This document shows positions 28,164 through 41,700 of a DNA stretch of 64,000 nucleotides, piece by piece. The stretch is from the NCBI GenBank assembly GCA_964016885.1, contig OZ024745.1, forward strand, positions 24,552,001 through 24,616,000. Reading direction: 5' to 3'. The DNA comes from Eledone cirrhosa. Lineage: Eukaryota. Every line of letters begins with the position of its first letter. The first letter of the stretch is position 1. The position numbers and the translations under genes were made by a program. The notes under the pieces were generated by a model, which saw only the letters and a program-made list of their open reading frames with translations, had not been told where the DNA came from and ran no database searches.

Positions 28164-28594
28164 TATATATTTTCTATATTATATGTGAAGTAAGGATTAC
28201 ATAGAGTTGCTTTTACCCAAAACTTACTGGTAGCTCATTGGATAACTAAGTTAATATCATAGCCAAACCACCTACACGCTAAAAAAAAAAGGATAGAATG
28301 ACCCACAGGATAGTTATGTGGGTCTCCGAGCATTCTATTCGACGTTCTAATGACTCTACCAATTTGTTGCCTTCATTGTATCGTTCTTTCGGTCTCTTCT
28401 AGTCATCACGACTAAGACAACGCTGGAGCATTATGTGTTTACGGCTGGGGTGTTTTTGATCGTAGGTTTGTTTGATGAGGTTTGACGACTTTCTAAATAA
28501 CAACAACAACAACGAGACGTATTTTCCCTTTATATTATTCTATTCTATTGTATTCCACTCTTCTCTTCTTTTTTCGGTCATATTAACATTATCG

Positions 28595-29095
28595 ATTGGA
28601 TTGGCAGAATCAATCACTCGAGAATCAAACAAATGCTTTGCTGCACATGTCGCAGCTATTTGCATTCAGAGATCAAATTCCGCCAGGTCAAAATTGCCTT
28701 TCATCTTTCTGGTGTTGAGAAAATAAAGTACCAACTATGTACTGGAGTATCTTAGTCAATAATCTCCCCCCCCCCCCCCCAAATGTTTGGCCTTGTTCCA
28801 ATGTTCCAATATTAGAAACCATTATCAATTAGATCTGGAGAACTCGTAGAGTTGTCGACAAAGTTCCATGTAGTATAACGTCTCTTTGTGTTTCTGGGTT
28901 TGATTCCTCTTCGGTTCACTTTGTCTTTCACCCTTTCTACAAAGCCAATTAAATTAAGTAGTATTAAAGTAGTAGATTTGGTAGATTCATTAGAGCGTCG
29001 GCTAGAATGATTTGTGTTATTGGTTTCGATTCTCTGCACTCTGCTTTTCATCCTTTCGAGGTCAATAAAAAGTACCAGTCAAGTACTTGAGTTGA
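28595..29095 (+). mobile_element. Three old, diverged SINE family A copies in tandem
   Basis: ttgcctttcatc..aaataaagtacca-like cores at about 28695, 28920 and 29045. Confidence 0.6.
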
Positions 29096-29945
29096 TTCTT
29101 CCTCTGTATCTATTTCTCACGTCCTCTCTATCTCAAATTTTCTACAAGAAATCGGCTGTGTTCAGATCTGAAGTGGGATGGGCTCCACTAGATTTTAAAC
29201 GTCCAAGTTACTACTGTGCCACTACGGCCCCGCTTAGAGTTCATATATATAAAGTAGCAGACTTTTTACAATCAGCTACACTCAGCCCATCAAATAGTCA
29301 CCTCTTACTAGAAATCCATTTTATAATTTGATTTGTATTTTGGTATTTCATATATTCTATTACCACCTGTAGTTAAAACCATCATAACATTATTGACAAC
29401 ATAGAGGCTTTTTCGTTGGCTCGTGTTACGTGGTTTGTTACGATGACAATATAGTAATAGGTAAGCATAGCAACATTAAGCCAAACTGAAATGATAGCAG
29501 TGTTAGCGATAGTGTTGGCAGAGTTGGCAGTTTCGTTGGGGAAATGTGACTATTGTAATAAAACAACTTTTATATTACAACAGAAAACATCATGCGATGA
29601 ATTGCGATTTATATATTCGTTCTGATAAACCAGAGATCCTGATTAAGGAAGCTAACTGCTGTTGCGTTATTATAGTGGAATTGAGTGAAAATAAAACAGC
29701 CGAAATAGCTATAGCTTCAACGCTGTTAATTTTGTGAAAAAATACCTATCTGTAAAACCAACATTAAGAAATACACATCAAGGAATTTATAAAAAAATAT
29801 TAAAATTCTGCTAAATCAATATTTGGTTGTCAGAGTTAGCTTTGAGTTCAATGTTTTGAACAAAATATATAAGAATGAAATATGTAGATTACGCTCGAAG
29901 TTCATGGTAAAGACATGTGTGTGTGTGTGTGTGTGCATGTGTGTG

Positions 29946-30062
<117 letters not shown>

Positions 30063-30399
30063 ATCACGTTCAATATATTTAATGAATACACGTACATATA
30101 ATTTAGTTGAGACAATATAAACCGTGTAGAAATGACAAGAGCATCAGCAGCTGAAAGTCAGGTTTGTCCATGTAGTTCTGTCTTAAGACACGCCTGGGAT
30201 CGCTCAATTACGTCACCTTTCAGTTGCTAAAGTTAAGAAGAATACATATTATCATTAATGGAATCTAAACATTGAGCATTGCTAGTTTAAAGATATTTAC
30301 ATAATTGTACAAGTCAATGACTGGGATTTAATAGCAAAAGTCATTATGAATAAATATGCATACAGAAATCATAAACAGAATATACAATAAATGTTCCGT

Positions 30400-30690
30400 G
30401 GGGTTAGATCGTTCATCTGGGATGCTATGGGTTTTGACACCTTCTCTAGTGGCAACATGGTACATTCAGCTACCAGTCCAGGCTCTGTTGCAAGCCAGGC
30501 CGAAGAGGGCAAACTGCCCAAGAATCGGCTGCTCTCTGATTTGTGATAGAGCCAATAGCAGTGGAGACTTCCGGTGTTCTTGGCCCCCGAGTCACATCCC
30601 TGCTCATTGCTATCGGAGCAGAGTTGGCTGTCCACAGATGCGAGCCCCATGAGGTGGAGTAGTTGTTCCAACGCGTCACCCATGGCCAGA
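30400..30690 (+). pseudogene. Diverged CRE-clade fragment
   Basis: gcagtggagacttccggtgttcttggccc..gagccccatgaggtggagtagttgttccaacgcgtc aligns with 27470-27590. Confidence 0.6.
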
Positions 30691-30961
30691 ACCAAGAGGC
30701 GGAGGGTAAATTAGTTGGAGGTTGAAGATACTCGTTCAAATGTCACATATATACACATACAGTAATTATCTATATTGCCAAAGAAAGATAAATATATCGT
30801 TCAATGTTCAATTAGTTTCGATGTGAAAATATAATCCATGGATAAATTGCATGAGACTTAGGCAGTTAAAAGTAAAGATCAACCAACTAGTTTCAGATTA
30901 CTTAAGACTCGTCATGGATCAATTAGCTCACCTTTCAACTACTTGAGATAAGAAGCATGTA

Positions 30962-31159
30962 CAAAGGTCGGCCGAAAAGTTCAGAGGCTGACTATGAAGG
31001 ATTAATGTGAGAACTGTGAAACCTTGCATGCATTAATTTCAACTCTTCTTATTTATAACTGCGTAGTTTCTTTCCAGAGACTATGTTGAAAAATAAACAT
31101 TATTTTGTCATTCCATGAGAGTATCTTGGTCAGTCTATGAACATTTCAGCCGACCCTCG
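30962..31159. mobile_element. Mariner-type MITE (CGAGGG family), uninterrupted copy
   Basis: TA-caaaggtcggccgaaaagttca ... tgaacatttcagccgaccctcg-TA. Confidence 0.8.
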
Positions 31160-31213
31160 TATAGTTTCCTTGATCCAATTTAACGATTGACTCTTTTCCC
31201 TTTTTACTGCTAT

Positions 31214-32045
31214 AGCTGTAGACTTGGTTGTTGTTGTTGATTATATTGTTGTTGATGTTGTTGTTGTTGATGTTGCTGTAGACTTGGTTGTTGTTGTTGA
31301 TTATATTGTTGTTGATGTTGTTGTTGTTGATGTTGCTGTAGACTTGGTTGTTGTTGTTGATTATATTGTTGTTGATGTTGTTGTTGTTGATGTTGCTGTA
31401 GACTTGGTTGTTGTTGTTGATTATATTGTTGTTGATGATGTTGCTGTTGATGTTGTTGTTGTTGATGTTGTTGCTGTAGACTTTGTTGTTGTTGTTGATT
31501 ATATTGTTGTTGATGTTGTTGTTGTTGATGTTGCTGTAGACTTTGTTGTTGTTGTTGATTATATTGTTGTTGTTGATGTTGCTGTAGACTTTGTTGTTGT
31601 TGATTATATTGTTGTTGATGATGTTGCTGATGCTGTTGCTGTAGACTTTGTTGTTGTTGTTGATTATATTGTTGTTGATGATGTTGCTGTTGATGTTGTT
31701 GTTGTTGATGTTGCTGTAGACTTTGTTGTTGTTGTTGATGATATTGTTGTTGATGATGTTGTTGTTGATGTTGCTGTAGACTTTGTTGTTGTTGTTGATG
31801 ATATTGTTGTTGATGATGTTGTTGTTGATGTTGCTGTAGACTTTGTTGTTGTTGATGATGATATTGTTGTTGATGTTGTTGTTGTTGATGTTGCTGTAGA
31901 CTTTGTTGTTGTTGTTGATGATATTGTTGTTGATGATGTTGTTGTTGATGTTGCTGTAGACTTTGTTGTTGTTGTTGATGATATTGTTGTTGATGATGTT
32001 GTTGTTGATGTTGCTGTAGACTTTGTTGTTGTTGTTGATTATATT

Positions 32046-32076
<31 letters not shown>

Positions 32077-32255
32077 ATAATGTTGCTTTGTAGTTGTTAA
32101 TGTTGTTGATGTTGTTGTTATTGATGATGATGATGTTGTTGTAGTTGTTGATATTACTGATTTTGTTGAGTGTTGTTTGTTATTTTTAATGCTGTTGTTG
32201 TTGATGTTGTTGCTGATGTTGTTGCGGTTTATGTTTTTGTTCTTGTTGTTGTGGT
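31214..32255. repeat. (GTT/GAT)-derived minisatellite of about 60 bp anchored on gctgtagact
   Basis: Direct periodicity. Confidence 0.92.
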
Positions 32256-32430
32256 TGTACATTTGACTCCTATGTTTCACCATACTCTGTTGGTTTCCAT
32301 GAGACTTTCAGCTGCCAAACATTTAGACTAGCGTTTATCAACTATTTTTTTACTCTTGTGGAACCCTGGAAATAGTTTACATGTCTCCTACATAAAAATT
32401 ATTATATACCATTCAACTTCTTCAAGTTTC

Positions 32431-32830
32431 ACCTGGAAAGGAAGGTGAGGGTGAAGAGAGAGGTGCTTTCCCCCAGTACATTTGCTAAAAGGTGGATGAA
32501 CGTGACGAGAATGGCCCGTGTGAATGGGCCTACACTGACCATGCGCCTATAGGCTAGCTAACTTGAGGAGAGGGGTTCTCTCCCTGGGTGCCCTAGAAGC
32601 GCAGGGTGGTTCAGGATTGATGGGGTACCTGAGTCACCCCTGGGTCGTCCACCCCATATAGGGGAATTTATTTTGTTATATTTATGCATAGTTTATTTTA
32701 TATTTTTTATATCTTCATTGTTAAATTAGTCTTGCCATTGTGCACTTTTACTCGACCTTATTGTAAACCCCCACTGTCTGTGTCTTTGTATTGTACCCTA
32801 CATGTCGGTCCTTGTGGCCAATAAATGAAA
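32431..32830 (+). mobile_element. Tx1-type LINE 3' fragment, different subfamily
   Basis: HLERKVRVKREVL..KRWMNVTRMARVNGPTL. The 3' UTR is distinct and ends gtggccaataaatgaaa. Confidence 0.8.
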
Positions 32831-32850
32831 TCATTATTATTATTATCTAC

Positions 32851-33045
32851 GACGGTGGATTGGCAGTATCGGTAGAGGGTCGGACGCCATGCTTTCCAGC
32901 ATAGTTACGTCCCTTTACGATCTGAGTTCAAATCCCGCCGAGGTTGACTTTGCCTTTCATCCTTACGGGGTCGATAAAATAAAGTACCAGTAATGCACTG
33001 GGTAATTGCTGGCCTTGTTCCTAAAGTAGAAACAATTATTATTAT
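32851..33045 (+). mobile_element. SINE family A
   Basis: Full-length match to the family unit. Confidence 0.88.
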
Positions 33046-33813
33046 TATCTATTTATTTTATATTTTTATCGTTGTTTATGTTGTAAACATAATATTCGTA
33101 TTCAGATAACTGGTTTAAGGAAAAGATAACTCTTTTTTGTAAAATTACGAATATAACATTAAACAAAAATTATTCCAAAATGTATTTATTAGTTTATTTA
33201 TCACTGTTTCTCATGGAACCTCTAGCGACCTCTTGCGGGAACCCTAGGATTTCGGGGAATACTGGTTGAGAAACGTTGCTTTAGACCGTCATATTCTGAC
33301 AGTTTATACAATCCCATACTTCTACAACATTGCAAACAACTCCATATTCTGTTATTTTTCTGTCTCTAACTTGCCGCGCACATCTTTTTTCCTGATATGT
33401 GGAATCGGTCGGAGTGAAAATTATGTTCGCCCACGTCTATGTTTGTTCATGTGTATTTGTGTTTGGGTCAATGTTGTTGTTGTTGTTGCTAGTGATGTTT
33501 TTTTTTTCTGGAGGGTGTATGTCGCCATAGACTTCTTCGGTAAAAATAGCTATAAAACATTCTATTTTGGGTATTTTGAACTTCTAAATGATTTTGTTGG
33601 GAAATTGTTTATTTTCGCCGTCTCTCTTTTCTCTTCATTTTCGCTCTTTTTCTTCCTTTTCATTCGCTTCTTATCTCTCTCACTCCCACTTTCTCCTTTT
33701 CCCTTCACTCTCCCTATCTGTCTATCTGTCTATCTCCTTCCCCAATAAGAGTCTCTTGCAGAAAAAAATCCACACGTAATGAAATCGCAACTCAAAGTCA
33801 TTGCACTGAACTG

Positions 33814-33868
<55 letters not shown>

Positions 33869-33869
<1 letters not shown>

Positions 33870-35080
33870 GGAAGAGGCGGGTTCCTATGGTGAGGAGATC
33901 CATCTGCTGTCAACACCCTTCGAAAGGAGGGCTGGGGATGCCGTGGCTAATGATGCGTAAACACGCATTAAGGCTACGGCACCTCTACGTATTCCTCACC
34001 GGACAACCGGTGTGGGCCTCGTTTGTGAGACGAACCTTTCCCAGACTCGTCTCACTCACCGAGCTGCAATCCTGGGTCAAGCAAAGACCGAGAAAACTGG
34101 GCGCCTGGCACACTGAGTGTGCCCAGGCGCTCACCGCCCTCTGGCAGGCGGATCCGGTTATCAGTGGAGACTCCACCGCAACATTCTATAGAGGGCTGGT
34201 ACGCAGCAGGTGCGACGACGCCCTCGGAGAAGCCCTAGACATGGAGGAGGACGAACTGGCCAGCCTGTTCGGTAGGACATTCAGCCCGGGACCTATGGAC
34301 AACTTCCAGAAGTCCCTGGCCTGGCAGTGCTACCGAGGGGCTTTACCCGTTCGAGAAAGGCTCTACAGACACGGGCGCCCGGGTAGGGACCCTGCCAAAA
34401 AGATCTGTCCCAGATGCGTGTGCGACGAGGAAACCGTTGCACACGCATTGGTACACTGCTTGGGCGTAGCCGATCTGTGGGGCTATGTCGAACAACTGCT
34501 GTCAAGGGTGGGACCGATCCGGTTGACCACCGAGTCTATTGTAATGATCAAGCCGCCTCCCCCCTTCAAAGATGAAGCAGAGGCGGTGTTTCTGTGCGTA
34601 ATAGCCATGGCGAAAGAGGTTGTGTGGTGGACGCGTCTGAAAGGACTGAGGTCAGGCACCTTTCTCTCTGGCCAACAACTGGTCCGTTTCTTCCGATATC
34701 ATTTCGGAAGAAGGATCAGGATGGAGAGAGAGGTGCTGCACCCCAGCCGTTTCTATGAAAGATGGGTGAAAGTGGCGAGAATGGCCCGTGTGAATGGGCC
34801 TTCACTCTACATCAGACTATAGGTGAGGAAGATGAAAGACCAAGGGAGCACCCCTTCTCTGTGCTCCTGAGGGTTGCACACTTTTTTCGGGGGTGTGTGC
34901 GACCCCCCAAGGCGCCTCCTCTCTATTGAGGATTTTGTTATAAATTTTATTTTTTGTTATATCTTATTTTATTTTTATATTTTGTTATTGCCTCCTCCTT
35001 ATTGAGGACGCCTTTTTGTGTAAACTCCCCCCTTTGTACTTGTCCCACTTTTGATGCCCTAGTGGCAAATAAAAGAAACA
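33869..35080 (+). mobile_element. 5'-truncated Tx1/L1-clade LINE inserted in (CTAT)n, with frame 33869-34822 uninterrupted
   Basis: W..RR..PSKGGLGMP..GALPVRERL..CPRC..ETVAHALVHC (zf-RVT-type). (CTAT)n lies on both sides. Confidence 0.9.
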
Positions 35081-35261
35081 TATCTATCTATCTAGCTAGC
35101 TAGCTATCTATATATCTATCTAGCCATCAATCTATAAATCTATCTACCTCTTTATCTATCTATCTTTCATTCTATCTATCTGTCTATTTATCTATCTATC
35201 TATCTATCTATTCTTTTATCTCTCTATCTACCTATCAATCTATAAATATATCTATACATCT

Positions 35262-35934
35262 GCGCCCGGGCAGTGACCCTTCGAAAAAGATCTGTCCGAG
35301 ATGCGTGCGAGACGAAGAAACCGTCGCGCACGCATTCGTACACTGCCCGGGCGTTACCGACCTGTGGGGCTATGTAGAACGACTACTGTCGCGGGTTGAC
35401 CACCGAGCCCATTGTCATGATCAAACCGCCACCCTCCTTCAAAAACGAAGGAGATGCGGTTTTCCTTTGTGTGATAGCTATGGCGAAAGAGGTTGTATGG
35501 TGGACGAGGTTCACAGGGCTGAGGTCAGACACCTTTCTCTCCGGCCAACAACTGATTTTTTTTTTTCAAATACCACTTTGGAAGAAGAATCAGGATGGAG
35601 AGAGAGGTGCTGTACCCCAGCAAGTTTTATGAAAGGTGGGTGAAAGTGGCGAGAATGGCCCGAGTGAATGGGCCTTTTCTCTATATCAGCCTGTAGGTTG
35701 AGGAAAAAGAGGAAGAGAGGAAAGGGGTACTCACTCTTCGTACTCCTGGAGATGAGGGTTGCACATTTTTTCGGGGGTATGTGTTACATATATGTAATGT
35801 CTCCCCCTATTGGGGAAAATCGATTAATTTTTAAATTGCATTTGTGATAGTATTTTACATGTTTTTATTGTATGTAAATTTCCCCCTTTGTATTTGTCCC
35901 CTTCTTTTGTGCCCTTGTGGCTAATAAAGAAACA
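35262..35934 (+). mobile_element. Shorter, frameshifted Tx1-type copy in the same CTAT-rich tract
   Basis: Aligns to 34374-35080 and ends AATAAAGAAACA|TATCTA. Confidence 0.88.
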
Positions 35935-36279
35935 TATCTATAAATAGAACTATATATCTATGTATTTATACAACTTTCTAGTCTATATCTACATAGTTAC
36001 GTTCGAGTGATTATACTAAATTTTACAAAGTCTAATGAAGCATGGAAAGAGGTAAAAGAGAAAAGAAAGGAAAAGATAAAAAGTAAAAGGATAAGACATC
36101 GTTGGAATATATTTTAAGATATAGTTTATCTACTATTGGTACAGATTGTTTCACCCCCTTTTTACCTTTCTCTGCTTTTTTCTTTCTGATAAATAGTTTT
36201 CACAAATATTTTTCGCGTGTATGTATGCATGTATGTATGTTTGTATGTATATTTGTATGTGTGTATGTGTCTCAGAAAG

Positions 36280-37069
<790 letters not shown>

Positions 37070-37550
37070 TGATTATGTCCTTGTCTGTAAATTAATACAG
37101 CTAAAACGGCGCATAATGGGAACATACTTAGATAGGAAGTTGTCCCTTAAATGGGAATACAAATGGAATAAAACAAGTTTCGCATAAATCGGAGCCCGGG
37201 TTCCCAGGATACGGGGTTTTTCCACATACTTTCATAAATAGAGAGAGAGAAAGAAATAGTGGTTGTGGGCGAGTAGATTGAAAGAGAGACATAAAGACAG
37301 AGAGCGAGATAGAAGGGGACAGAGAAGGAAAATGGAAGCGAGACCGAGATGTTGTGGTTTTGTTGAATGAAATTATAACAGGTGACTTCAAAGAATCAAA
37401 TACAACATTACTGTATCTAGCTGTATCTAGAATTTGGTGACTGAATATTAAGTCATATGTATCCTATAACTTGTGTTTGGACAGAATGTGTGTAGCGAAT
37501 ATTTCCTGCTTAATAGAAATGGTTTCTAACTGTGTGTGTATATGTGCATG

Positions 37551-37759
<209 letters not shown>

Positions 37760-37976
37760 CCAGTGTATTTATCAACTTAACTGACTATCTAACACCCTGG
37801 TTCTCTGTCAATCTGTCTTACTTTCTATGTTATAGTCTCCTATGTATAATTACAAATAGCGTAATTATAGTATGTATGTGTAACATATATATATATATGT
37901 ATGCATGTATATGTATATATATATATATATATATATACATAAGAATTCTACATCTTATATATATATATATATATAT

Positions 37977-38213
37977 AAGATGTAGAATTCTTAAACCCAG
38001 AAAATAACTGCAGTTACAGTCAGTTGCTATGAAATAACATATAAAATTCCTGTAAAGTCCCTTAGAGACGGAAAACATGCTGACAACGGTCGCTAAGCAA
38101 CAACTTTTTCCGTCTCTAAAGGTTTTTACCCAATTTTTATAGGCTATTTTATAGCAGCTGACTACTGAAATTGCGGTTATGGTTATTTTCTGCGCTTGAA
38201 CATCCAACATCTA
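37977..38213. mobile_element. Imperfect palindromic (fold-back/MITE-like) element
   Basis: ttagagacggaaaa pairs with ttttccgtctctaa. cagaaaataac..agtcagttgctatgaaata pairs with tattttatagcagctgact..gttattttctg. Confidence 0.6.
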
Positions 38214-38309
38214 TAAATTTATTCCCTCGGCGATTCGTAAGTTCGAAAGTTCGAGCACGGTACACAATGTTTATATATATATATCGCTGAGGGAATAAAT
38301 TTATAGATG

Positions 38310-38408
<99 letters not shown>

Positions 38409-38420
38409 AATATATACATA

Positions 38421-38455
<35 letters not shown>

Positions 38456-38459
38456 GCAC

Positions 38460-38563
<104 letters not shown>

Positions 38564-38590
38564 ATATACATATATATGTATATATACATA

Positions 38591-38638
<48 letters not shown>

Positions 38639-39867
38639 ATATATACACACACACACATATATATATATACACACACAAATATATATATATATGTGTGATT
38701 GTATATATATGCGTGTGTGCGTGATTGTATGTATGTGCGTGTTTGTCTGTTTGCCTGTCTCCTTTTTGTCGGCCTCTCTCTTCTCTCTCTTTCCTCACAC
38801 TTTGTACACGTGTCTGTGTAGGAAGACTTTCATTTATATAAACTCTAGCTTAATCACTTATAAAGACGGAGGTACACACCACAGAGGTTTCTACGTACAT
38901 ATAGATTTACATATGTATACCTTGGACGGTATATATTGTACGTCCACCAGGAGTGATCCTCAGTGGTAAATGAGATCTATATATAGAAATATATACATAC
39001 ATTGAAATATATATGAGTGCACGTGGGTATATGTGTATGTGTGTGTGTATGTCTGTGTGTGTGTGTGTGTGTGCATATGTGGTTGTGTGTTTGTGCCTAT
39101 GTGTGTGCGCATGTGTATGTGTGTGAGAGAGTGAGACATAATATGCGGTGAAATAGTCAGCCATTCACTGAGATAAATTATCGCATTTGTTTGCGAAGCA
39201 CCAGACTGCACCTGAGAAACGTCAAACACAAAAATTCAAAGAAGAAATCGCACCTACCAGATCTACCATCTTTACCGGCAACACCAGAGTACCTGAAGAA
39301 CAAGCGAACGTCATTCTCACCAACATAATCACACTTATTGCTCACCCACAGAGAGAAAGGGAGGAGGAGAGAGTGACAGAGAGAGGGGAGAGGGAGAGAG
39401 AGAAGTGAAGGAGAGAGATAGTGACAGAGAGTGGTGAGAGAGTGACAGTGAGAGAGAGAGTATAACATTATTAGGAATAACATACAATATTTCAACTACA
39501 TTCATAAAACATAATAGGTAGAGAAAATAAAATAATAGGATACAGAATGGCACTGGAATAGTGCTACCTACACCATTTTAGCGAAAAGAAGAAACTACAA
39601 AATTGGTTCACAAATAATGCACTCGATCCATCATATATTACAAAAGAACCCCGATTTCTCCCACAATAACTTACAATTGCAAAGAACACAAAACAGCACC
39701 CTTTGTTTCATCACTAAACATACAAGAGGCACACCATATTAGCCCATAAAACTCCAGTTCCCGTGGCCCCTCTACCACTTGCACTCGAAACAAAAAGTCA
39801 CATCTACAAAATCACAAAAGCCCTACCTTAGTCCACAAATTCTGCCAAAAATAGCAGCAGTGTCAAT

Positions 39868-40002
39868 ATTATACATATTTCAAGGGTACTAATATTTTAG
39901 TACGCTTTAACATGAAGTTCACATAAAGATATGTCACTATTTTTACACCAATTATTGTATTTTATCTGACAAAAATATTAGTACCCTTGGAATATGTATA
40001 AT
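39868..40002. repeat. 31 bp inverted repeat with a spacer of about 73 bp
   Basis: 39868-39898 versus 39972-40002, one mismatch. Confidence 0.85.
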
Positions 40003-40328
40003 AAAATAAATATGGTTTTATAAATATGTTTTCCATTTATTAATATTATAGATATTAAAGTTAATGTATATAGTGTATATAATGTATATAGTTAATGTAT
40101 ATAATGTATATTAATATTATAGATATTAAAGTTAATGTATATAACGTTAATGTATATAAAATGTGTTTTGGAGAAACAAAATGACTCGAGTTTGGTGAAT
40201 GCTAGTAAGAATTTGATCATGTTTGCTGGAACCGGACTGACACGTGTTAGACAACTGTACCAGCCCTAGAAGCTAAAGAAACGTAAACGATCATATCATT
40301 GTACTTGGAACGTATACAAAAGAAATAT

Positions 40329-40521
40329 AATAATTGTTTCTACTTTTGGCACAAGGACAGCAATTATCCCAGTGCATTGCTGGTACTTTATTTTATCAAC
40401 CCCGTAAGGATGAAAGGCAAAGTTAACCACGGTGGGTTTTGAACTCAGACCGTAAAGAGGCGTAACTCTATGCTGGAAAGCATGGCGTCTGACTCTCTAC
40501 CGATACTGCCAATCCACCGCC
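40329..40521 (-). mobile_element. SINE family A
   Basis: Reverse complement of the family unit. Confidence 0.88.
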
Positions 40522-40896
40522 CTTTTACCTTTAAAAGAACTATAATAATACAATGCTTACAGATCGAAAGCACAAACAAATATGATATAAAGGAAAAGGA
40601 AAGGGAAAACAAAACAAAATAAAGAAAGGAAAGGAAAGGAAAGGAAAGGAAAGGAAAGAGAAAAGAAAAAAAAACACAGAAGTGGTTAGCACACACAACT
40701 GGGACTACATACAACAAAGGGCAGGCGAAAGGGGTAGACAACCGAGCCGGTACCAGAGTTTCGTGAAGAGCACTGGAAAACCTCTCTAATAATTTTTGAG
40801 GCAAGCCAGCATAAAATGAATATAGAAATCTTTCACTGAATTAAAACAAATCTAAATATATTTGATATGACAACATTTGTAACGAATTAATCATGT

Positions 40897-40969
40897 GGTT
40901 CCATGGTGTAGTGATTATCACATCTGCTTAAGACGCAGAAGGTCGTGAGTTCGAAGCTCGCTGGAACCT
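40897..40969 (+). tRNA. tRNA-Val(TAC)-type body carrying anticodon AAG (Leu); possible pseudogene
   Basis: Acceptor stem GGTTCCA/TGGAACC. Anticodon arm TCTGC-TTAAGAC-GCAGA. T arm GTGAG-TTCGAAG-CTCGC. The D-loop GG is changed to GA and the discriminator is T. Confidence 0.7.
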
Positions 40970-41634
40970 ATGTCAGTATCTAATTTTATTTCAGATGTTT
41001 CTGGTATTTTTTAATTTTTGAAAGACAATGTATATAGAATAGATTTGAAAATAAAATACATGATGTCATATGTTACAAGACTACATTTTTGCGTAAATGT
41101 GTCAGACCTAAGGGTAAAGAATAGCCTGAAATATTTCACAACATAGTGTAACCTTTGTAAATACATTCACCTATTTTCACTGTCACATTATCCTTTCTAG
41201 ATCGAGGTTTCCGTATAAATATTAGTCAAGAATAGATAGTTTGTTCACGCAAGATACGAAACATACAAAATTATTTTGTCGAACGAACGTATGTGATTCG
41301 ATATCTCGTCTGATTTATAATCAGTAGATGGTGAGTTCGAAACTCAACACAGTCTCAACTCCGACAATATTTTAAATAATATTTTAGGAGTTGTGATTAT
41401 TCTCTTCATATATTTTGAGAAAACGTTACTGTTGAGATGTGCTTTGAAAAGACAAAAATGACTCTTAGTGCTAGAATGTATTTGATCATATGTTTGGTGG
41501 AACAGGGTTGACCTGTGTTGTACAACAGCCCAGCCTTAGAAACTAAAGATATTGATATCATTGAAGTCTTTCTCAAAACTGAAACAAATCTAAATGAGTT
41601 TCGTAAGACAATATTTCTAACGAATTAAGCAAAT

Positions 41635-41700
41635 GGTTCCATGGTGTAGTGGTTATCTCATCTGCTTAACACGCAGAAGGTCGTGAGTTCGCTGGAACCT
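41635..41700 (+). pseudogene. tRNA-Val pseudogene (anticodon AAC) with a 7 nt T-arm deletion
   Basis: Same body as 40897 and 42465. gagttcg joins directly to ctggaacc, a deletion between TCG repeats. Confidence 0.8.

Larger units (their letters stand above)
32329..33278. mobile_element. hAT (Charlie-like) non-autonomous element carrying nested Tx1 and SINE insertions
   Basis: TIRs tagcgtttatcaac / gttgagaaacgttg, internal ggaaccct motifs, and an 8 bp TSD atttagac / ctttagac. Confidence 0.65.

Noticed and set aside
31210-32283. Polyglutamine ORF of 357 aa
   Set aside because: It is a translation of a CAA/CAT minisatellite. The opposite strand is equally open, and there is no splice or domain evidence.
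33779-33868. ATG and LSIY-repeat N-terminus fused in frame to the Tx1 fragment
   Set aside because: This is chance read-through of the (CTAT)n tract, with no evidence of a chimeric gene.
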